Origin: Clostridium sp. CAG:433
GTDB lineage: Bacteria; Bacillota_I; Bacilli_A; RF39; UBA660
Reading direction: 5' to 3'
Length of the DNA: 64,000 bases
Assembly: GCA_000433675.1 (NCBI GenBank)
Contig: FR893565.1
Coordinates: 55 to 64,054, forward strand
Shown here: in pieces, positions 48,401 through 55,646 of the stretch
Numbering within the stretch: the stretch's first letter is position 1
Layout of the letters: the number at the start of each line of letters is the position of its first letter
Notes under the pieces: generated by a model
The model's input: the letters and a program-made list of their open reading frames with translations, nothing else
What the model was told of the DNA's origin: nothing
Database searches by the model: none
Made by a program: the position numbers and the translations under genes

Positions 48401-50103
48401 ATATTTCTAACAGAATTAATTGAATCTATTATTAATACATATAATGAATCAAAATTTTCTATGCCTGACATGCTATTATTAAGCGCATCCATTCTTTTAT
48501 TATAAATTTTATCTAATTGATATGATACTTCCTTATATTCTTTTTCATTACTTGAAAAGTATCTTACTGATTTATCATTGCTCCATAAATGTGGTATTGA
48601 TCTTACTTCTTCATAATTATTTTTATTTTCTTCAGTTGTAAATATAACAAACTTTAAATCATCATAACTATGAAATGTTGAAAGTTGTAATAAAATATTT
48701 TTTATAATTCTATTTTGATAAATCTTATCTCCAATTATTGCGGATATATAATTTTCTCTAAATGAAAAAGGTATTGGAACATTTTCTAATAGTGTTTTAC
48801 TTGATTTTAATTCTTTTACTTTATCCAAAAGTACATCCTCTGTCATAGAAAAATGTTCTTCAGGATAAACAACATTTATATCAAGTGGAAGTTTACCACT
48901 TCCTAAGCTAACACTTAAAAAGTCATCATCTTCTATTCTTCTTTCCCAAAGTCTATCTTCTCTATTTAAAATTACTTTTTCACATTCGGATAAATTTAAA
49001 AATCTTTTATGCATTATATCTTGTTGATTTTGTTTTTCGTTTTCTATCTGTTTTTTTATTGAATCAATATATGCTGAATATTTCTTTTTTCTTTCTTTTT
49101 CTTTTTTCTTTTCTAATCTTTTTTGAAATCTATTTGTCAAAAGTGGCCACATTAAGAAACTTAACATCATCGCACCACTCATAACAAGTGATGGTATAGC
49201 ATTATTCATTGTTTGATTACCATTATTTACATTATTCATTGTTGTATAAAATGTCATAACAGATGTCATACTCATAGTAAGCATAGGTCCTATTGTTAAT
49301 ATTGCTGGCATTTCATTTTTATCTCCACCACCTGGAGGATTATCTACTCTTATTGAAATACTATTTATTGAGTATATAAATCTTGGTTTTCTATAAAAAT
49401 AATCCTCTTTTGAATAAAGTTCCATATCTTTTTCTTCTTGTGGTTCATCTATTCTATTTTGAGATAAATCTTGTTGCATCTCTACACTTTTCATAAATGT
49501 TTGAACATTGTTATAATTATTAGAAATACCTAAAACATAATTACCATCTTTTTTTAGGAGTAATAATTCTAGTCCAAGAATGAAAATTACATCACCTATT
49601 TCTATTTTTGTACCACTATTAACCTTTAATCCATTTATAAAAATATTTGTTTGATTATCATTATTTGTAATTATTATATTAGGACCCTCTTGTTTTATAG
49701 TAATAGCGTTAAATTGAATCGCATTAAAATTATAAGAAATTGTACAGTTACTATCTGAACCTATTGTAATACCCATAGGTAATTCAGTACTGCATGAATA
49801 AAAATGCATTTTTTCATATGTACTTGGCATAAATAAATATACTTTATCATACGAATATGCATAAGTTATCTCATAGTAAGAATTTTCTTTAGCAACAACA
49901 AAAGGAACTCTTTTAGAGTTCTCAACGATATAATAATCACTATTGCTTACTATTTTCCATTCACCATCTGAATTAGCCTCTAAATTAATGATATTTTTTT
50001 CTATTCCATTTTCATCAATCTCAGAAAGCCATATATTACCTGTTACTTTATTGGGCAACATATAAGTTAATAATTTATCATTTTTGGCTAAAACTACTTT
50101 CAT
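45490..50103 (-). CDS. essC: Type VII secretion system FtsK/SpoIIIE-family ATPase EssC (YukB-like)
   Basis: 1537 aa. Two N-terminal FHA-like domains. Two TM helices around residues 270-320. A strongly conserved D1 ATPase region ([23 protein letters not shown] ... DYKGGGLAG ... [22 protein letters not shown]). A degenerate D2 Walker A ([10 protein letters not shown]). D3 has no obvious Walker A. The stop codon sits inside a bidirectional hairpin/T-run terminator. Confidence 0.95.
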   Translation of the reverse strand: [1537 protein letters not shown]

Positions 50104-50125
50104 ATATCTTTTTCCCTTTCATTCT

Positions 50126-50380
50126 TTATATCAATATAAATTCAGTACCATTAACTATTCCAGAACCCTTAACATAAACATTAAGATCATAAACAATACA
50201 ACCATCTTTATCATATAAATTTAATTTATCAGTATCTACTAATGAATTATCTGATAATTCATTTATTACGTCAATACAATATTTTCTTATAGTTCCAACT
50301 TTTTTATTTATAGGTATAAATATATCATAACTTTTACTTAAAAGAGGAACATTTATTGTTATTAAAATCTTATTATTCAT
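50126..50380 (-). CDS. esaB: Ubiquitin-like T7SS protein EsaB/YukD
   Basis: 84-aa beta-grasp-sized protein immediately upstream of essC. The pattern 'ILITI...YD...P....VG.....I.......L.L.........L...GI.NG..L.L' resembles YukD. Confidence 0.7.
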   Translation of the reverse strand: MNNKILITINVPLLSKSYDIFIPINKKVGTIRKYCIDVINELSDNSLVDTDKLNLYDKDGCIVYDLNVYVKGSGIVNGTEFILI

Positions 50381-50405
50381 AAATTTCCTTTCATAGACTT
50401 AAATA

Positions 50406-51728
50406 CTAGTTTTTCTTTGACGTTGGATTTGCTAAACTTTTAAGCATATCAGAAGCCTCTGGCACATTACTCTTCATACCTAATTGTTCTTGTAAATATC
50501 CATCATATGGATTCTTTTTTACTCCAAGTAACTCTTGTGACGCCTTGTCAAAATCAAAGTTTTTTGCACTTGTATTAGTTCTTCTCATTGTATTTACAAC
50601 TCTTGGGTCTGGGAGATCTTTTTCAGGTGGATTTACTAAATTATTATAATCTTCAAGGAAAGAACCTGTAGGCTTTTTTGTAAGTGTATCGTTAGGTGTG
50701 GTAGTTGCATGATAATCACTTGTTGATCTTGAAGAGAAGCTTCTTGATGGACCAGCTGTTGTACTACCTCCACCATCACCTGAACCTGATGGACTAACAA
50801 GTGAATTAACAATAGATTGAATTGTAGCATAATTATATCCTGCAGCAGCTAAAGCTTTCTTTCTAGCATCGCCATTACCCCATTTTCCTGCTAACACTTC
50901 TTTTGCGATTGCCATATCAGTTTTAAATGTACCAGAAACACCTTTTTTAGCATATTCTGTTAAGTTTGGTCTTTTTATATTTAAGCTTTGATATGCAGTG
51001 CTTCCTGCATATTTTTTACTACTTGCAGATTTTAATGATAATGTTGTATTATCTGGTAATTGTTTTTCAAGTAGTAAAATATTACTTAAATAGTTTGTCC
51101 ACCAACTATCAATTGAATCTCTTTTTTTCATTACTCTTTGATATGCTGATAAAACTCTATACCATCCATAATATAAATAACTATCTTTTCCAACTGTACT
51201 TTTCATAGAATAAAAATTTTTATAACTATTATATAAAGCTGATCCATATGAATCAAAATTAGATTTTAGATTTTTTAGTTTTTGGTAATTTATTTTAAAA
51301 CTATTATCTAATTGTAATTGCGAAGTGCTATATATATTGTTTGATGAAAAAGTTGCAAGGCCTGATGAATCATTTTGTAAATTATCTATAAGATAAACCA
51401 TATTTTTTAGTTCTGAAGAAATTTTTTGGGCATATGCTGTTTTTGTAGAATAATCTGTCGTACTCTTCATTTTTAATTGTTGTTTTTGAATTAACTCCGC
51501 ATATTGTAAAACTTTTAAATATCCTTTAAGGAAAGTAATTAAGTGATCAAGTTGTTCATAATGTGTTTTAAGTGCACTAGACAATTTTCTAATGGCTGAT
51601 GAATCACATACACTTTCTACATTTCTAAAATTGTATGTTTTTAATTTTCTTACTTCCTTTATACAGTCATTACAAGTCATTAGCAAGTTAGATATTTTTA
51701 TATCTTTAAAATAATTTGTATAATTCAT
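50406..51728 (-). CDS. T7SS-associated soluble protein with an N-terminal helical domain, one Cpl-7-type (CW_7) cell-wall-binding repeat and a Gly/Ser/Thr/Pro-rich disordered C-terminus
   Basis: The motif MAIAKEVLAGKWGNGDARKKALAAAGYNYATIQSIVNSLV matches the Cpl-7 repeat consensus (..ViaGkWGNGeeRk.rL..aGYdY.aVQ..VNel). No TM helix is present. There is an L-K-G motif at about residue 67 in a predicted helical N-terminal region of about 200 aa. It is located between the WXG100 genes and esaB. Confidence 0.6.
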   Translation of the reverse strand: MNYTNYFKDIKISNLLMTCNDCIKEVRKLKTYNFRNVESVCDSSAIRKLSSALKTHYEQLDHLITFLKGYLKVLQYAELIQKQQLKMKSTTDYSTKTAYAQKISSELKNMVYLIDNLQNDSSGLATFSSNNIYSTSQLQLDNSFKINYQKLKNLKSNFDSYGSALYNSYKNFYSMKSTVGKDSYLYYGWYRVLSAYQRVMKKRDSIDSWWTNYLSNILLLEKQLPDNTTLSLKSASSKKYAGSTAYQSLNIKRPNLTEYAKKGVSGTFKTDMAIAKEVLAGKWGNGDARKKALAAAGYNYATIQSIVNSLVSPSGSGDGGGSTTAGPSRSFSSRSTSDYHATTTPNDTLTKKPTGSFLEDYNNLVNPPEKDLPDPRVVNTMRRTNTSAKNFDFDKASQELLGVKKNPYDGYLQEQLGMKSNVPEASDMLKSLANPTSKKN

Positions 51729-51744
51729 AATATTTTCCTACTTT

Positions 51745-52389
51745 CTACTTTATAAATTTTAATAATTCACTTAAGGATATCGCACCTGATGCAGTACTAT
51801 TACTATGTGATGCATTATCAACAATTTTGTCTGTTTGCTTAACGTTACTTCCAATACTATTTAAATCTTTTACCTTTTCATTTGTATTTGTAGTAGTTGT
51901 GTTAGTTTTTTGTGTCTTATCAGGTATCGGATAACTAGGATTAAGGTCTATTATTCCTGTTACAAGCGTATCAGTTGTTTTTAACTTTCCAATATAATTA
52001 GGTGTTTTTATGTTTATTTTTCCAATACCACTAACTATTTTTACATTTGATCCACCTGTTTTTGGAATCGAGATAGTTGGTGCTGAAAAACCTAGTTTTG
52101 CTATTTGCTCTGCATTTATTTCAGTATCTGTTGCTCTATTTTGTTCAACAATTTCTTTTATTGTTTCTAAATATAAAGGTAATGTTTTTTCTGTTACTTC
52201 TGGTATTTCCTTATATTTTTTACTAATTTCATTATAAAATTTATTTGCTGCTGTTCCTTTCCAAAAGCCACTTCTACTATTTGAGAATGAGTTAACTTTT
52301 TCAAATTGTTCATTAAGATCTCTAACAACTGCATTAATTCTATCACATATGTCAATGACAGCATCATATTTGATTGATGTATTATTCAC
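51745..52389 (-). CDS. WXG100-family protein with a roughly 110-aa Thr/Asn-rich C-terminal extension
   Basis: The N-terminal approximately 100 aa form a helical hairpin with a central W-x-G (SGFWKGTAANKFYNE), aligning with the three downstream small WXG100 proteins. The extension ends ...LSELLKFIK. Confidence 0.65.
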   Translation of the reverse strand: MNNTSIKYDAVIDICDRINAVVRDLNEQFEKVNSFSNSRSGFWKGTAANKFYNEISKKYKEIPEVTEKTLPLYLETIKEIVEQNRATDTEINAEQIAKLGFSAPTISIPKTGGSNVKIVSGIGKINIKTPNYIGKLKTTDTLVTGIIDLNPSYPIPDKTQKTNTTTTNTNEKVKDLNSIGSNVKQTDKIVDNASHSNSTASGAISLSELLKFIK

Positions 52390-52403
52390 TTTTATCTCAC
52401 TCC

Positions 52404-52703
52404 TTATATTTTTCTATTTAAAAAATGTGTTTCAAATTTTTGATATGCTTTTTTTACTTCTTTAATCGTGTTAGCATCATCTTCAACCTGATTTTGATAT
52501 GCTTGAAAAAATTTCACATAGTCTTCCATATTACTACAAAATTTTTCTGATGCTGCTCCCTTCCAATATGTGTTCAATTCACTTAAATATTGGCTTATTT
52601 TTGTATTATCACTTTTTATTGCTGCCGCACATTCGTTTATTTCTTCTGCTACCCTATCAAATTCAGCATATTCTACAATTAAATCTTCCATATTTTCCTC
52701 CAA
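52404..52703 (-). CDS. WXG100-family (EsxA-like) secreted protein
   Basis: 99 aa with a central W-x-G (LNTYWKGAASEKF). Helical-hairpin size and composition. Confidence 0.7.
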   Translation of the reverse strand: MEENMEDLIVEYAEFDRVAEEINECAAAIKSDNTKISQYLSELNTYWKGAASEKFCSNMEDYVKFFQAYQNQVEDDANTIKEVKKAYQKFETHFLNRKI

Positions 52704-52771
52704 ACCTTTCGTCAGTAAATACTAAAGTTTAATATTCACTGACCAAAGTCTCTATAGTATAGAGAACTTTA

Positions 52772-53056
52772 TTAACCCATAATTTGAGTATCTGTTTTTT
52801 TATAATTTTCAACAACTGATGTTAAATGAGCTGCTTCATCTGTTACAGCTTTATAAAAATCAGCAAATTTAGCACTAATTGTATTAAATTTTTGTTTTGA
52901 TTCCATTGCAGCATTACCAGCCCAAACATCTTCATTACCAATTTTAGATGATAATGTTGTTATTTCATCTAATATTGATTGCATTTCTCTTGCATAACTA
53001 TTTAAATTTGAGCTTACACTCATAATTTGAGAATATGTTAATGTTGATCCATTCAT
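52772..53056 (-). CDS. WXG100-family (EsxA-like) secreted protein
   Basis: 94 aa with a central W-x-G (EDVWAGNAAMESKQKF). Confidence 0.7.
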   Translation of the reverse strand: MNGSTLTYSQIMSVSSNLNSYAREMQSILDEITTLSSKIGNEDVWAGNAAMESKQKFNTISAKFADFYKAVTDEAAHLTSVVENYKKTDTQIMG

Positions 53057-53068
53057 ATTTTGTTCCTC

Positions 53069-53362
53069 CTATCTGATTCCGTCTTGGTTTGCTTCGTTAA
53101 CTTTTTGGTATGCATTTGCTGCACTTATTAGAAACTCACCCATTTCGCAAATTGTTTTATTTAAGACTTTCATATTTTCTATTTCAGCAGCTACTGCACT
53201 TGTATATTTTTCTGCATCGCTACCTTTCCAAGAATTTCTAAGATTTTCATTTTCACTAGTTATTTTATTTAAAACTTCTGAAAAATCATTACCTTTTTCT
53301 AGAATACTATTACCGATTTGTCTTGTTTGATTATAATCAATACTTAAATCCACAACCTTCAC
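53069..53362 (-). CDS. WXG100-family (EsxA-like) secreted protein
   Basis: 97 aa with a central W-x-G (LRNSWKGSDAEKY). GTG start, with GGAGG immediately upstream. A TTGACA-18-TATTAT promoter lies about 30 nt upstream. Confidence 0.7.
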   Translation of the reverse strand: MKVVDLSIDYNQTRQIGNSILEKGNDFSEVLNKITSENENLRNSWKGSDAEKYTSAVAAEIENMKVLNKTICEMGEFLISAANAYQKVNEANQDGIR

Positions 53363-53386
53363 CTCCCTCCGCTATTTTATACAAAT

Positions 53387-53416
53387 ATAATACCACTTAT
53401 ATTTACATCATGTCAA
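53387..53416 (-). promoter_or_regulatory. Internal SigA-type promoter (TTGACA-18-TATTAT) ahead of the first WXG100 gene
   Basis: Seen on the minus strand in the 84-nt gap between the GT2 pair and the WXG100 genes. A second TTGACA lies 34 nt further upstream. Confidence 0.5.
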
Positions 53417-53446
53417 TTATTACACAACTTTTTTATCCATATTGTG

Positions 53447-54379
53447 TCAATCATTATATATTTTTTTTGATAAATTAAAAAATAGATATTCAACCATATT
53501 TAATACATCATTATCACCTATATTTCCAAAAATAATATCATTTTTATCAGAGACTTTTAATTCAATACCATATTCATTAATTTTTTTATATAATTTGTTA
53601 AAGCTATCTTTCAGTTTTACAACATCACTTTTTGTTTTAAAGTATTTTACATATACATTTGAAAAATGAATTAATTCATTATATAGCTCATAAATTATTT
53701 TATATTCATCGAAGCCCCTTTTATCTGCTTCTTCTGCCATCCATAGCATATTTTCACATAATATAGGAACCTCATTATAACAATAATCTTCTATATTATT
53801 GGTTATACTTCCTTCTGTACATGAATAAAGTAATACATCGCTATTAATATATGAATATTTGTCTGTACCTATTTTCAAAAGTCTATTAAAACAATTATCC
53901 TCGCCATTTCTGCTATCATTAAATTGAAACTTATTTTCATCAATATATTTTCTTTTATATAATTTGCCATGTAATTGAAAACTAAAATCATTCGAAATAG
54001 TTAGTATGGTATTATCATAATTTTCATAATAAACATTACCGCAAATAATATCATTATTCTTAATATTTTTTAAAAGTGTTTCTAACGAATAAATATCAAT
54101 AAACATATCATCTGCATCTAAAAAATAAATATATTCACCATTTGAATGGTCTAAACCGTATTGTCTAGCAACTCCTGGTCCACTATTTTTATCAAGTTTA
54201 TATTCTATTATGTTAATTCTGTCTTTAAATTTATTTATAATATCTTTATAATCATGATCTGAACAATCATCAATTATATATACATTAATTTTGTCATTAA
54301 CCGTTTGCATACATATACTCAATAATGCTTTAGAAATTGTTTTATGTGCATTATATGCTGGAATAATTATATCTATCAT
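53447..54379 (-). CDS. Family 2 glycosyltransferase (GT-A fold)
   Basis: The N-terminus IDIIIPAYNAHKTI, together with the IIDDCSD and FLDADDMF (DxD) motifs, places it in GT2. It is paralogous to the upstream gene. Its start ATG directly abuts the upstream stop (TAAATG). Confidence 0.85.
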   Translation of the reverse strand: MIDIIIPAYNAHKTISKALLSICMQTVNDKINVYIIDDCSDHDYKDIINKFKDRINIIEYKLDKNSGPGVARQYGLDHSNGEYIYFLDADDMFIDIYSLETLLKNIKNNDIICGNVYYENYDNTILTISNDFSFQLHGKLYKRKYIDENKFQFNDSRNGEDNCFNRLLKIGTDKYSYINSDVLLYSCTEGSITNNIEDYCYNEVPILCENMLWMAEEADKRGFDEYKIIYELYNELIHFSNVYVKYFKTKSDVVKLKDSFNKLYKKINEYGIELKVSDKNDIIFGNIGDNDVLNMVEYLFFNLSKKIYND

Positions 54380-55324
54380 TTAATCATCCTCCAATCCTAT
54401 TTCTATTAAAAAATTATCGAATGTAACTAATGGATTAAGTACATTTTCAGTATATCCCTCTGTTACTGCACATTTCATTTTATATTGTAATATGTTATAT
54501 CTATCTATATCCGATATTTCAAGAATATAATCATCATAAATTTCTTTGATTTTTTTTATATTCTTTATTAATTCTTTATTTTTATTTAAAAAATCAAATC
54601 CATAATAAATAGTTAAAAGTGATTCATATGATAAGGATGCTAAATTTTCTTCTGAACATTTTCCTTTTACTCCACACTCTAATGCATAAAGCATTGATTT
54701 AGAATAATTGTATATAGAATTTTCTCTATAATTTTCCTTTCTAGTTAATGAGTTTTCATTATTCATCCATATATATGTTTTTTCATTAACAATATTCATC
54801 TTAGGATTATATAATAAAACTAAATGATTAAATGCGTTATCTTCTTCTGCATAGTAATTTGGAAATCTAATATTATTATCCTCTAGAAATTTTCTTCTGT
54901 AAATTTTACCATGAAGCGCTACTGTATCATTAACAAAAGTATTAAATTTATGCTCTCTAGTTTCTTCTAAAAAAGTACTAAAAACAACATCTAAAGACTC
55001 TTGTTCTATCTTTTTATACAATGTAATTATGGATAGTGGTGTTGCAAAAATATCATCTGAATCTATAAAAACAACATATTCACTGTTTGATTGATCTAAT
55101 CCATATTGTCTCGCATAACCAGGTCCTTTATTTTCATTTAATTTTAGTTCTTTTATGTTAATAAAATCTTTAAAAAAATCTATTTCTTTACTATAATCCT
55201 TTATAGAATTATCATTTATAATATATACATTTAAATCTTCTGAATTTCTTTGATACGCTATAGAATATAATGTTCTTTCAATCGTTTCATGAGCATTATA
55301 TGCCGGAATAATTACATCTATCAT
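54380..55324 (-). CDS. Family 2 glycosyltransferase (GT-A fold)
   Basis: IDVIIPAYNAHETI, IINDNSIKD and FIDSDDIF (DxD) motifs. AGGAG sits 8 nt upstream of the ATG. It is the first long gene of the minus-strand operon that is divergent from lexA. Confidence 0.85.
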   Translation of the reverse strand: MIDVIIPAYNAHETIERTLYSIAYQRNSEDLNVYIINDNSIKDYSKEIDFFKDFINIKELKLNENKGPGYARQYGLDQSNSEYVVFIDSDDIFATPLSIITLYKKIEQESLDVVFSTFLEETREHKFNTFVNDTVALHGKIYRRKFLEDNNIRFPNYYAEEDNAFNHLVLLYNPKMNIVNEKTYIWMNNENSLTRKENYRENSIYNYSKSMLYALECGVKGKCSEENLASLSYESLLTIYYGFDFLNKNKELIKNIKKIKEIYDDYILEISDIDRYNILQYKMKCAVTEGYTENVLNPLVTFDNFLIEIGLEDD

Positions 55325-55381
55325 ATTTTACATCTCCTAGTATTTTAATATTAACACAAAAGAAAATAAAAAAAAACAAGG

Positions 55382-55513
55382 ATTTGAGTTTTTATGAATA
55401 TATTTCCTCATAAGTTTCCTGTTTTGATAAATTATTATCTATATTACTTGCTCTTTCCATCATAAGTAAGAATCCTAAAACTCCTACAACAATAACTACT
55501 AAATAACCAAAAT
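55382..55513 (-). CDS. Putative 43-aa single-TM peptide (MKKYFGYLVVIVVGVLGFLLMMERASNIDNNLSKQETYEEIYS), divergent from lexA. Candidate SOS-induced cell-division inhibitor (SosA/YneA-like position).
   Basis: This ORF is below the track's size cut-off and was found by translating the minus strand. It has a weak SD (GAAGGG). It starts about 40 nt from two LexA operators. Coordinates are accurate to within about 10 nt because of my manual indexing in this region. Confidence 0.35.
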
Positions 55514-55554
55514 ACTTTTTCATACTAACCCTTCTTTCTGATTAAATTCTATCA

Positions 55555-55596
55555 CGAACAAACATTCGTGTCAATAATGCTTCGAACAATTGTTTG
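55555..55596 (+). promoter_or_regulatory. Two Cheo-box-like LexA operators (CGAACAAACATTCG and CGAACAATTGTTTG). The second overlaps the lexA -35 box.
   Basis: The Firmicutes LexA consensus is CGAACRNRYGTTCG; each site matches at 12-13 of 14 positions. They are spaced 14 nt apart, between the divergent lexA gene and the small-peptide/GT2-T7SS operon. Confidence 0.7.
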
Positions 55597-55622
55597 ACAT
55601 TTTACACTTTGTATGTTAAAAT
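55594..55622 (+). promoter_or_regulatory. SigA-type lexA promoter, TTGACA-17-TAAAAT
   Basis: A perfect -35 hexamer, a 17-nt spacer and an A/T-rich -10 lie about 25 nt upstream of the lexA start. Confidence 0.6.
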
Positions 55623-55646
55623 GAAATTGTTATAAGGAGAGATATA

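Noticed and set aside
50636-50830. 64-aa minus-strand ORF nested inside the 440-aa Cpl-7 protein gene, and similar nested ORFs at 25185..25391, 26025..26240, 30666..30944, 38498..38851, 39044..39301, 45962..46201, 50966..51208, 52010..52237, 52499..52732, 59287..59469, 60203..60457 and 60816..61073
   Set aside because: Each is an alternative frame or antisense overlap of a longer, well-supported ORF, and none has an independent SD or promoter.
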